Origin: an uncultured delta proteobacterium
GTDB taxonomy: Bacteria; Myxococcota_A; Polyangia; Palsa-1104
DNA length: 64,000 nucleotides
Assembly: GCA_963785725.1 (NCBI GenBank)
Contig: CAWAWS010000020.1
Span: 256,001-320,000, forward strand
Reading direction: 5' to 3'
Position numbers and translations under genes: made by a program. Position 1 is the first letter of the stretch. Every line of letters starts with the position of its first letter. Of this stretch, positions 32,022-41,200 are shown in pieces. Below the pieces are notes generated by a model. The model was not told the DNA's origin. It made no database searches and saw only the letters and a program-made list of their open reading frames with translations.

Positions 32022-32510
32022 TCACCAGCGCAGCTGCGCCGACAGCCCGGCGGAGGCGGGTCCGACGTCGACGTCGAGCTGCCAGCGCCGCTCGTGGATG
32101 TCGGCCAGCTCGGCTGCGGCCACCACGGCCAAGAGTGCACCGATGACCTGCACATTGCCGGAGGAGAAGAGCCGCGAGTTGTTCTCCCGCTCGAAGTTGC
32201 GCGCGCCGGAGGCGAAGGCGCCGACGATGGGCAGACTATCGACGGCGCGCACGCTGCCGGGAAGCGAAAAGGCGTAGGCCGTCCCGGCGACATAGGCCGG
32301 GACGAAGAGCGTCAGGCCGACCATCAGCAGCGCGAGCGCCGTGTGCTCTTCGGCCTTGAGCGCGCCCAAGGCGCAGGCACACGGGCAGCAAGGCGGCGCT
32401 TCGAGCACCGGCGGCGGTAGCGGCGCGCAGTCGTTAGGTGCGGCGCTGACACGATGTGCGGTCGTGACCAGCAAGAGCGTCGCCAATGCGAGGCGGTTGG
32501 TCGTGCACAT
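32022..32510 (-). CDS. Hypothetical secreted/membrane protein
   Basis: GAGG RBS, signal peptide, hydrophobic segments, LPIVGAF motif, C-terminal GLSAQLRW. Confidence 0.6.
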   Translation of the reverse strand: MCTTNRLALATLLLVTTAHRVSAAPNDCAPLPPPVLEAPPCCPCACALGALKAEEHTALALLMVGLTLFVPAYVAGTAYAFSLPGSVRAVDSLPIVGAFASGARNFERENNSRLFSSGNVQVIGALLAVVAAAELADIHERRWQLDVDVGPASAGLSAQLRW

Positions 32511-32717
32511 GGTCACCTCTCTTCGCTGGCCCATGTGCGCACGGCGATCGCGTTGGCCATCGGCCGGCTACCTTATTGGTAAGCGTTCGGGCGAACGCCG
32601 TCGTGGCGGCGGCTGCGAGAGCGAGCGCGCAGCGACGAGACGGCCTCTCTTCCTGACTTAGCCCGGCGAAGTGATGCGCCTGGCGGAAGCGCGCCAAGGC
32701 CAGCGTAGGATGTGCTG

Positions 32718-33482
32718 ATGCCGGCACGACTCAGCGTCGCCCTTTACCTCCTTTTCGCCAGCGCGCGGGCGCTGGCCGACGTCAGCGTGCCCGCCAGCGC
32801 CAGCGACGGCGTCCTGGCCGTCACGGCGTTGCGCGGGCCGTTCGTCTCCATCGAGGCCTATTGCGAGCAGAGCCGGCGCGAGGAGGACAACGTGGTCGAC
32901 TGCACGGTGGCGCGACGCCGCGCGCGCACCGCCGCCATCGTCATCCGCTGGGGCGGCCACCAGCGCCACGTCGACCTCGCCATCGAGGACGGTGCCGGCT
33001 GGTGGATCGACGAGGGCATTCTGTACGACAGCAACCGCGGTCGCGGCAGCTTCGTCATCGAGGCGCTGAGCGATGAAACGGGCAGCGCGCGCCTGCGTGC
33101 AGTGGAGGCAGATTGGTGGAAGCCGATCACCGACGCGGAGCTCAATCGCTTCGACCACGACATCTATTACTGCTTCGCCCTCGAGGTGCGCTGCTGGGAG
33201 CGGCCGAGCGGGCCGGTGTGCAGCGTGCCGCTGCCGGTGGCCGGGCGGCGCGACTGCGGCCTCGGCGACGAGCGCGACGAGAAAACCTTCGTCACCGGCC
33301 ATTGGGACTGGGAACAGCAGATTCGTGACTCCGCCGACGGCCGCTCGGTCGAGTTCCACCGTCGCTCGTGGCATCACTTCCCGGCCAACTCACACGGCTA
33401 CGACTCGTGGTTCGAGCAGATGACGAGCCTCGCGCGCACGCTTGCCGACACGCACCGCCGCATTGACGTCACGTCTCGCTGA
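32718..33482 (+). CDS. Hypothetical secreted Cys/Trp-rich protein
   Basis: Signal peptide ending ALA-D; GC3-rich codons; TAGGAT 6 nt upstream of ATG. Confidence 0.65.
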   Translation: MPARLSVALYLLFASARALADVSVPASASDGVLAVTALRGPFVSIEAYCEQSRREEDNVVDCTVARRRARTAAIVIRWGGHQRHVDLAIEDGAGWWIDEGILYDSNRGRGSFVIEALSDETGSARLRAVEADWWKPITDAELNRFDHDIYYCFALEVRCWERPSGPVCSVPLPVAGRRDCGLGDERDEKTFVTGHWDWEQQIRDSADGRSVEFHRRSWHHFPANSHGYDSWFEQMTSLARTLADTHRRIDVTSR

Positions 33483-33503
33483 AACAGCCAAGCCGCCGCA
33501 CCG

Positions 33504-33543
33504 ATCGCATAGAATCAGCCCTGTGGCTGCGAAAGAGGAACTG
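33504..33543 (+). repeat. Dispersed repeat B, copy 1 (-10 box plus start of a small ORF)
   Basis: 34/40 identical to 41130-41169. Confidence 0.8.
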
Positions 33544-33631
33544 TCGCCGGCCTTGCCCGAAGAGCTCGAGCGCCTACGCACCGAGTACGATCGGCTGCCC
33601 GTGCACGATCGGTCGTCATGTCGGGATCGCG

Positions 33632-34171
33632 CTACTGCAGGTGCGAGGTCCAGCCGAGGTCGCCATCCTCGGTCAGCTTGACCAGGATGAACCCGCTGAT
33701 GAGCGCTCCGTCGGTGGGCTGCAGCGGCTCACCGCCGAGGACGAAGGCTGACGCGCCGTCGGTGGTGCTCGCGACGACGTAGGAGATGGGCAACGCGCGC
33801 AGCCAGAGCTCGTTGCCCTGCCCGTCGATCCGCTGCACCGTTTGCGGACTGGTCTGGCTCTGGTCGCCCGTCGGTCGCATCAGCTCCAGGTGGCTGCCGT
33901 CGGCGAAGTCGAGCAGGCCCACACCAGCGGGCACCCCCGTCAGGCCCGCCAGATCGTCGTCGGAACGGACGTGGCCGTCGTCGTCGATGCTGACACGCTC
34001 GAAGGTGGAGGTGTCTTTCTCGGCCAAGCCGTCGTAGCTCGGACGCACGCCGGAGACGATGACGCCCCCGCCGTCGCGCGGGTCGAGGCGCGAGATCTCG
34101 AGTGCGGGTTTGCTGCAGCCTACGGCGGCGGCGGCCGTGAGCAGCAGCGCCAATGTCAGCGAATCGGACAT
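33632..34171 (-). CDS. Lipoprotein resembling 27605-28111
   Basis: Lipobox AVGC; RVSIDDDGHV, RIDGQGNELW, DGDLGW. Confidence 0.72.
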   Translation of the reverse strand: MSDSLTLALLLTAAAAVGCSKPALEISRLDPRDGGGVIVSGVRPSYDGLAEKDTSTFERVSIDDDGHVRSDDDLAGLTGVPAGVGLLDFADGSHLELMRPTGDQSQTSPQTVQRIDGQGNELWLRALPISYVVASTTDGASAFVLGGEPLQPTDGALISGFILVKLTEDGDLGWTSHLQ

Positions 34172-34183
34172 GCCGGCCGCTTG

Positions 34184-34200
34184 TGCAATGGCCGGACCGC
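34184..34200 (-). promoter_or_regulatory. Sigma54-like promoter (-24/-12)
   Basis: Minus strand GCGGTCCGGCCATTGCA, GG-N10-GC, ends 12 nt before ATG 34171. Confidence 0.45.
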
Positions 34201-34276
34201 GCCCGCTCGTCGCCGCAAATCGCTGCTGCGCCAGGCGTTGGCCGACAGCGTCTGACCGCGACCGCCCAGCAGCCGG

Positions 34277-34774
34277 TCAGCTGTTCGGAGGGGTACCCAT
34301 GCGCAGCACGAACGGGTACGAGACGATGACGCTGCCACCACCGTTAGGCGCTGGAAAACGCCACGTCAACATATGGTTTGTGATGCACTGCTCCACTGAC
34401 TGATCCGGCGGCACGGTAGTCTCGATGACAACGGCTCTCTTCACGCTGCCGCTGGGCGCGATCTCGAACTGGGTGACGATGCGCGATTCCCAGGCGCCGA
34501 TTGCTAGACGTTGCTCGAAACAAGCGCGGACTTCACCAAGATGTGTACGAATGACTTGCTGGATCGTTTCCTTCAATAAGGAACCGCCTTTTACCGCCGT
34601 GGATTGGTCGAGAGGCGGCCTCGGGATTGTTTCCTTTGGAAAAGACCCCTTCGATTCGTCGACAGGCGCGCTGGCTACCTGCTCGACTGTTTTCGGTGGC
34701 AAGGAGCGGTGCGTGGCCGTCGTTGAGGCGTGGCACCCCAGCAAGAAGAAGCTCGTCAACCAGATCGCACGCAC
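34277..34774 (-). CDS. Lipoprotein with AgmX/PglI C-terminal (TonB-C-like) domain
   Basis: GTG start, lipobox LLGC, IQQVIRTHLGEVRACFE...FEIAPSGSV...CI...WRFPAPNGGGSVIVSYPF. Confidence 0.8.
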   Translation of the reverse strand: MRAIWLTSFFLLGCHASTTATHRSLPPKTVEQVASAPVDESKGSFPKETIPRPPLDQSTAVKGGSLLKETIQQVIRTHLGEVRACFEQRLAIGAWESRIVTQFEIAPSGSVKRAVVIETTVPPDQSVEQCITNHMLTWRFPAPNGGGSVIVSYPFVLRMGTPPNS

Positions 34775-35054
34775 GCTCGCACCGTAATCCAGCGCTACAT
34801 CTGGCCGCAATAGCGGACCTGAGCAGCCTCGAACCGTAACCATAGAGAGGCACCACCAAGGGCACCTGTGCCCTCGGTGGACTCTCACGTAGGTCCCCGC
34901 CGTTGCCGAAGTCGTCCGCCTCGAAGTCCCCCCGCAAACAGCTGTCCGGTCATCAAAAGCGTCAGCGTGCGATCCCAAAGGCTGCCCAGAAGCTGGCCGC
35001 CCAAATGGATGGTGATGCTGCCCGCGATTGGCTCCAGCTCGCCGCCGCAGCCCC

Positions 35055-35732
35055 GCGAAGAGGGTGCCGCCGAAGCCACGAGCGCGAAGGAGCTGGTCAC
35101 GCTCCGTGCTGCGCTGAAGCTGGCACGCCGGAAGGGCTTATGGCTAGGCGACGTCGCTGGTGTCGTTCCGATCGCCTTCTCAGCGGAGTACAAGCCAGAG
35201 ACGCGCTTCCTGACGCGCGACGAACTCGGCAAGCTCCTCGCTGAGCTGCAGCCCGACCGCGCCGCGCGTGTCGCCTTCATCGTGGCCACGAGCGCATCTT
35301 GCAAGGAGTCCGAAGCGCGACGCGAGGATGTGGCAGAGAATCTGGCGCTGTCCTGCTGCGCGGTACGAAGCGGTCGACGTGCTACCGCACCGTTCCGATC
35401 GTCAGCCAGGAGCAGAAGGCGCTCTTGCAGCTCGCGATGAAGTTCGCCCAGGGCACGGACGGCATGCTGTTCACGCCATGAGGCAACAACGTCCATCGTG
35501 ACATTCACGCGGCCTGCTAGCGCGCCGGCATCGACCTATGCAGCCCGAACGACCTGCGTCGAACTTTGGGACGTGGATGCGAGCCGACGGCGTCCAGCCT
35601 CACCTCATTGGCGCAATGATGGGGCACAGCGACTCGCGCATGGTCGAGCGCGTCTATGGCCGGTTGCCCATCAACGACCTGCGTGCGGCTGTGGCAGCGT
35701 CCTTGGGCGTGCAGATCTCGACGGAGAAGTAG
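35055..35732 (+). pseudogene. Tyrosine recombinase/integrase remnant
   Basis: KELVTLRAALKLA, RFLTRDEL, RGTKR...RTVPIV, NDLRR, MMGHSDSRMVERVY across several frames with stops; 5' end missing. Confidence 0.85.
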
Positions 35733-35844
35733 AATCCGAAGAGCCAACCGGACTGCATCACTGATGTAGCAGACTCGGCGGATTCAGCCGGATTTAATGG
35801 ACTGGGACTTGATGCAGAAACTGCCGAAACTCTTGAAAGCCTAG

Positions 35845-35917
35845 TGCTCGGACCCGGAATCGAACCAGGGACACGCGGATTTTCAATCCGCTGCTCTACC
35901 AGCTGAGCTATCCGAGC
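35845..35917 (-). tRNA. trnF: tRNA-Phe (anticodon GAA), CCA not encoded
   Basis: GCTCGGATAGCTCAGCTGGTAGAGCAGCGGATTGAAAATCCGCGTGTCCCTGGTTCGATTCCGGGTCCGAGCA folds into a canonical cloverleaf. Confidence 0.97.
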
Positions 35918-36080
35918 GATGAAGCGGAGGATTTGTTATCTCATGCGCCGCCCTCCGTCAAGCCCGCCGCGCATCAAGGTTGCACTTCTTTCGCCAGCCG
36001 CCGACCCGACTCGCCGGCGCCGCCAACGCTGTCGCTCCCGGCACGCGGCCTGCTCGCCGCGGCGCCGTGAAGCGCCGCGA

Positions 36081-36191
36081 CTACGCTCGCACCTCGTGCA
36101 GCAGCTCGGCGGCGATGCCTGCGGTGAGCGCAGGATCGTCGAACATGGACAGCGGCCACGCGAGCGCAGACGCGGAATCGGCGGAGTCCAT
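36081..36191 (-). CDS. Possible 36-aa small protein
   Basis: MDSADSASALAWPLSMFDDPALTAGIAAELLHEVRA; TATGCT box 6 nt upstream of ATG. Confidence 0.3.
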   Translation of the reverse strand: MDSADSASALAWPLSMFDDPALTAGIAAELLHEVRA

Positions 36192-36358
36192 CGGCGCAGC
36201 ATACGGCATCCCGGCGGCGTCCAAGCGCGGCGTCATGTCGCAAGCTCACCGCGCAATCGCGCGACTGGGACACGCGCATGCCGCGATGCTCGCGAACGAA
36301 CGCTCGCGCCTGGGCGCCACCGGCTCGCGCCTGCGTGGAGCCGAGCGACGACCCGTGC

Positions 36359-37225
36359 TCAGCGACGCCAGGCGCGCAAGCGGCTCGGCGTCGACGCGAG
36401 CCGCGCGAGCCGATTGTAGACGGCGTCGATGCGCCGCGCGACCGCGAGCGCACCGTCGCCGACGGCACCTTGGACGCGCGCACGTTCGACGATCGGCGTC
36501 ATCAGCCGCACCTGCTCGCGCAGCACGTGCGTCTCGAGCGGCACGAAGTCGTCGAACACGCTCACCGGCGCCGCCAGCCGCGGCAAGAGCGCGTCGGCCT
36601 CTTCGCCGCGCACGTAGAAGCGATTGAGGCCGTCGAACGCCCCGAAGCGATAGTCGGCCGCGAGCAGCAGCGCTTCCCAGCGTGAATGCGTCGGCGTCTG
36701 CGTGTTCGGCTGCGTCGCCTCGATCATGATGACGCGCGGGCGAAAGCGCGCGAAATCGCCGCCGAGCAGCACGTCGCGCTCGTGGCCTTCGACGTCGATG
36801 GACAAGAAATCGATGACGCGGTCGGCGGCGTGCGCGGCGCAGACGGCGGCGAGCGTCGTGACCGCGACCGTGCGCTTGGCGAACGCGAAGCCGGCGCGAC
36901 GATGGCGCTGCGCTTGGTCGGCCGACAGCGTCGAGAGGCCGATCGCGTCGGCGCGGCCCTCCCAGAGCTCGAGCCGGCCGGGCGCGCTCGACAACGCCAC
37001 GTCGAGCGTCACGTCGCGCGGTCGCTCGGTCGCGTACAGCGCTTGCAGCGCCGCGATCGGCTCGATGTTGATGCCGTGCCAGCCGGCGTCGTAGAAGTGC
37101 CGCGTCACCGAGGATCCCGTCGGATGGTGGGCGCCGACGTCGACGTAGAACCCCGTCGGTTGACCCCGAAAAACGCGCGCTAACAGCACATCTTCTCTGT
37201 TGTCGGCATACGAGATCATCGACAT
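36359..37225 (-). CDS. FkbM-family methyltransferase
   Basis: ISYADNREDVLL, GFYVDVGAHHP, GWHGINIEP, IDFLSIDVEGHE, FDGLNRFY. Confidence 0.9.
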   Translation of the reverse strand: MSMISYADNREDVLLARVFRGQPTGFYVDVGAHHPTGSSVTRHFYDAGWHGINIEPIAALQALYATERPRDVTLDVALSSAPGRLELWEGRADAIGLSTLSADQAQRHRRAGFAFAKRTVAVTTLAAVCAAHAADRVIDFLSIDVEGHERDVLLGGDFARFRPRVIMIEATQPNTQTPTHSRWEALLLAADYRFGAFDGLNRFYVRGEEADALLPRLAAPVSVFDDFVPLETHVLREQVRLMTPIVERARVQGAVGDGALAVARRIDAVYNRLARLASTPSRLRAWRR

Positions 37226-37476
37226 CGCGCGTTCATACGACGAATGGCCCAGCAGCGGAAGTCGTCGCGCGCGAATGAAGTTGGCCACAGCGTGACGCCA
37301 ACATTGACCGCGGTCACACGGCCTAGCGCGGATACGTGCGTTCCGAGCCGCGACGAAGACGCGTATGAATATCCTCCGCCAACGTCGCGTTGAGCATTCG
37401 TCAGGTCGTTTGTTGCCGCCGTGCGTATACGGCGTTTGGGGCGCCATCGAGCGCTCGTCAAGGGGAGAATTCGCAC

Positions 37477-38049
37477 ATGAATAAGCTGGTCAAGTTGTCG
37501 TCGGTCGCGGTTTCGTTGTTCGTGCTCGCGGGCTGCGCGCCGCAGTGGCAGGTCGTGCATATGGCGCAGCCGAATCCGCTGCTGCATCAGCGCAACTTCA
37601 TCGTCGAGCCGATGCACTTCGAGCACGTGCTCGTCGGCGCCAAGACCGAGGACGCCTATCTCGCCGGCAAGACGCCCGAGACCGTCGCGACTTGGCAGGG
37701 CGACAAGGCGGAGATGAACAACCTGTTCCTGCAGAGCGTCGCCGGCCACGCCGTCGGCCTGCAGGTCGGACCGGCGCTGCAGCAGCCGGCCGCGGGCACG
37801 TTCATCCTGCGCCCGATCTGCACGTTCATCGAGGTCGGCACCTACAACGGGTTCGTCAACATCGACAGCCGCGTCGACGTGACCGTGCAGGTCCTCGACG
37901 CCGCCGGCGCGCTCGTCGACGAAGTCGCCGTCCGCGCGCGCATCCCGGCCTCGATCTACAACCCGTCGAGCGGCGGCCGCCTGCGCAGCGGCTCCAAGCA
38001 GCTCGGCGCCAACATCGCCGGCTACCTGCGTTCGCGCACGGGGGCCTAG
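37477..38049 (+). CDS. Lipoprotein of unknown function
   Basis: GGGGAG RBS, lipobox LAGC, strongly GC3-biased codons. Confidence 0.8.
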   Translation: MNKLVKLSSVAVSLFVLAGCAPQWQVVHMAQPNPLLHQRNFIVEPMHFEHVLVGAKTEDAYLAGKTPETVATWQGDKAEMNNLFLQSVAGHAVGLQVGPALQQPAAGTFILRPICTFIEVGTYNGFVNIDSRVDVTVQVLDAAGALVDEVAVRARIPASIYNPSSGGRLRSGSKQLGANIAGYLRSRTGA

Positions 38050-38736
38050 CGCGTCAGCCGCACGTCCGTCGCTTGGGGGTTCCGTGGACCGTAGGCACAG
38101 ATCCTACAATCATGATTTCGTTGTCTCTACGATGCTCTTGGCTGAGTCGTCGTCCAACACACTGACGACGTGCGTTCGCGTACTTACGATCGGCTCGGCT
38201 AGTGCGTGATCCTACGCTCGCGCCGCTTGGGCGCCAGCATCCGATGCGGCGCTGTTTACCGATTTCATTTTCCAAGAAAAAGAGCGCAGTCGCTTTCCAT
38301 GGCGACCGTCGGAAATATCGAAGCGAATGGGAGGCAACCACTCCTTGCGCGATCCGTCGGAGCGCGAGTGATAAGCTCGTGCCGGTCACCGGACGGCTTC
38401 ATGCGTGGTGTGCAACCTCCGCGGCTGTCGGTTCCCGGTAGGAAAATCGCCTAGATGTGCGCGAGCCGACGTCGTCGTCACCGGTGCCCCGCACGGCCGA
38501 TCGGGCTTCCCGCGGACACACATGAGCGCCTGCGCGCCGACGTACGCCGCGCGGTCGCCGCCGCGCTCAAACATCGCCGTACCGCCCCGCTTCGCGAGCG
38601 CTATCGGATCGCTGAAAGAGCCCCTCATGACGATCGGACGCATCGAAGCCACGCCCAAGATTACGGCACTTCCCGACGAGGCGCGCACGGTCGACGGCAA
38701 GGTCACGCGACAGTTGTCGTGCGCTAAGCTGCGGCC

Positions 38737-39291
38737 GTGGCGCTCTTTCAACTCATTGATCGCGAGCAGATCCTGCCGCCGGAAGGCACGAGCCGCGAAG
38801 GCTTGGCGCTCGACGTGAAGGCAAGACCGACCACGGACCCGTTCGAGATGGGCAAGGACATGGCGGCGTTCGCCAACGCCACCGGTGGCGTGATTTTGGT
38901 GGGGGCGAACGACTCGGCCGGCCTCATCACTTACAAGCCGCTCCTGACCGAAAAGGAAGCCGACGACGCCAAGCGAAACTACGAAGTCTCGCTGCGTGAT
39001 CGACTCTCGCCGGCCCCGAGAGTCGATATCCTTGTCATTGCAACGCGAGGCAAGTTTCTCGTGGCGGTGAACGTATGGCCATCTCCAGGCCAACCAGTCG
39101 GCGTCAGCATCGGCGGAAGCAGGAGCAGCCCAAGCGCGGGCTTCGCCTTTCCCGTCCGCGTCGGCTCGCAGACAGAATGGTAACTACCGGAGCAACTTTC
39201 GATGTTGATGGTGCCTGCTGTCCGAAACGCCGCGATCCTGCTTGAACAGATTCTGCTCGCAGAGCCGAGGCCGAATCGAGGTGTGCACTGA
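38737..39291 (+). pseudogene. Schlafen/AlbA_2-domain protein with in-frame stop
   Basis: EGLALDVK...GKDMAAFANATGGVILVG; after TAA at 39181-39183 the frame continues LPEQLSMLMVPAVRNAAILLEQI. Confidence 0.75.
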
Positions 39292-39680
39292 AAGCAGCGA
39301 GAGGACCTGTTCGGAAATTTCCGGCTCCACGACGTTGAGCCCCAAGCAATAGCGTCGTGTGAGGGACCAATTGCACTTAGAACGGCCGACGCGTGAGTAG
39401 CGTACTTTGAAGCCGGGAGTCGGGCATATGTGGAGGTTGCCTCACTCAGTATCTTCTAGTCGATCCGTTCCGCAGTGTGCTTGCTGCCGTCTTCCATGGA
39501 GATCTCCTGGTTGCGCTCCGAAGTCGACAACCTCGTCGGCGTGACACACATTTCAGCGAGGCAGCAACGCGCCGCACGCTCTGCTGTTGCGGTAGATCTA
39601 CTCAGGTTCGCGCCAGAAACACTGCTCACGTCACGGGCAGCCGCGACCGAGTAAAGCTGCAAGAGGGGGCATGCTGGTGG

Positions 39681-40868
39681 TCAGTGGGCTGTAGGAACCT
39701 CGAATTCGCCACTCTGATCGGCGTCACCGACCCGGGCGAGTTCAGCGTCATAGCTCGCCAGAATCAACGGCTTCAACTTCCCGATCTCCTGCACGGATTT
39801 TATATTGACCCTCGACTCTCCGTAACCGCCGCCGTCGATCGCCTCGACGCTGGGAAGGAGTCGCTTCGCCTCATCGGCGCGAACATGTCGGAAGGCTATC
39901 CACAACGGTGCGCGTTCGACACCGAGCCTGATGAACCACTTGCGTATGTTTTTCTGAATGATCGTGAAGTAGCTCTTGGAGTCGCGGTACTGCACGACCG
40001 CGTCAGGTCGAGCCTCTTTCACGATTTTGAAGACGATGTTCCAGGCTTCCAGCTCCTCTGCCGTCGTGACGATGCCATCGCGCGCCTCGATCGTTACGAC
40101 CGGTAAGGGAGGAACGATCTCGACGGCGGGCGGTGGCGGGGGCGGTTCGTGCGGCTGCGTAAAGGATCGGGCCACGTGGTCCACGATCGATGCCTGCATC
40201 GCCTTCTTCAGAATCGGCGTCAACCGCTCCACGACCTTGGCCGTGACTCGTCCGACCGCAGGGATTTCGCTCGCAACGAACCGCACGAAGTTCTCGCCTG
40301 GATCCCGAAGCTGCGCCGACACGAAGCTCACCAACACGTTGTAGTAGACCATCTCCTCGGCCAAACCGACGATCTGATCGGCGACGAAGTCCGACTTGCG
40401 AAACTTCTTGATGGCCTCGATCTCGGCCGGCTTGGCCGAGCGGATGTCGAACTCCAGCCATGGCTTGTCGTCCATGATGTTCTGTTGCTGGAGATCGGTG
40501 AATACGCGGTATTGAACACCGTTCGTCAGGACTGCCACGCGCACCGAGGGCGTCGCGTTGAAGTAGCGGGCGAGCTGAGCGTCGTGGTCGCTGATCGTCG
40601 CGTCTGCTGCTTTGCACTCGATGAAGATCGCCGGCTCGCCGTTGATACGCACGGCGTAGTCGATCTTCTCCATTTGGCCGCGGGCCTTCTTCTCCGCGAA
40701 GTCGGCGATGTATTCGGGCTGCAGCTCGCGCGGGTCGTAAACGTCGTAACCAAGGATTTGGAAGAACGGAATAACGAGCGCCTGCTTCGTCGCCTCCTCT
40801 CCGTGGATGTGTGGCAGTCGCGATTTCACTTGTTCCGCATGCCGTAGCACGTCTTCTTCAAACGCCAT
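39681..40868 (-). CDS. Stand-alone type I restriction enzyme HsdR N-terminal (PD-(D/E)xK nuclease) domain protein
   Basis: EEATKQALVIPFFQILGYD, PEYIAD, KIDYA, IFIECK, QLARYF, LTNG; GGAGG RBS; no hsdM/S in the window. Confidence 0.85.
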   Translation of the reverse strand: MAFEEDVLRHAEQVKSRLPHIHGEEATKQALVIPFFQILGYDVYDPRELQPEYIADFAEKKARGQMEKIDYAVRINGEPAIFIECKAADATISDHDAQLARYFNATPSVRVAVLTNGVQYRVFTDLQQQNIMDDKPWLEFDIRSAKPAEIEAIKKFRKSDFVADQIVGLAEEMVYYNVLVSFVSAQLRDPGENFVRFVASEIPAVGRVTAKVVERLTPILKKAMQASIVDHVARSFTQPHEPPPPPPAVEIVPPLPVVTIEARDGIVTTAEELEAWNIVFKIVKEARPDAVVQYRDSKSYFTIIQKNIRKWFIRLGVERAPLWIAFRHVRADEAKRLLPSVEAIDGGGYGESRVNIKSVQEIGKLKPLILASYDAELARVGDADQSGEFEVPTAH

Positions 40869-41129
40869 CGCGCTCCACCTCCACCCGCCGGTTCCGGTTG
40901 ATGTTGATCAGTCACGTCACAATCGGGGCCACCGGCGATCGTATCCTGGAATGCGGCAACGATCCCATGCGTCAAATTGTCGCAGGACTAACTCGCCGAA
41001 TCGGCTCTGAGAATTGGACTGCCATCAGAATGAGTTGTCGGCTCACCCCGCACACGGTCCGCGGCGACGGCTCATGCTCGAAGACGCGCACGCCGACGAC
41101 ACCAGCGCGATGGCTCCGAGCGCTCGCCA

Positions 41130-41169
41130 ATCGCATAGAATCCGCCCCATGGCTACGAAACAGGAAATG
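41130..41169 (+). repeat. Dispersed repeat B, copy 2
   Basis: atcgcatagaatccgccccatggctacgaaacaggaaatg versus 33504-33543. Confidence 0.8.
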
Positions 41170-41200
41170 GACGTGCTACGCCCCTGGTGCGCGCGCGGAG

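Larger units (their letters stand above)
25929..35917. mobile_element. Decayed genomic island integrated at tRNA-Phe
   Basis: Integrase pseudogene next to the tRNA 3' end, tRNA-end remnant about 10 kb away, orphan cargo and gene fragments between. Confidence 0.55.

Noticed and set aside
34845..34886. Hairpin gagag-ccacc-agggca/tgccct-ggtgg-ctctc as a riboswitch or ncRNA
   Set aside because: Single stem with no recognisable aptamer motif; may be a terminator or repeat scar.
38054..38730. Long lower-GC gap as a structured RNA or hidden gene
   Set aside because: No convincing ORF, repeat or stable multi-stem structure by eye; needs a covariance-model search.
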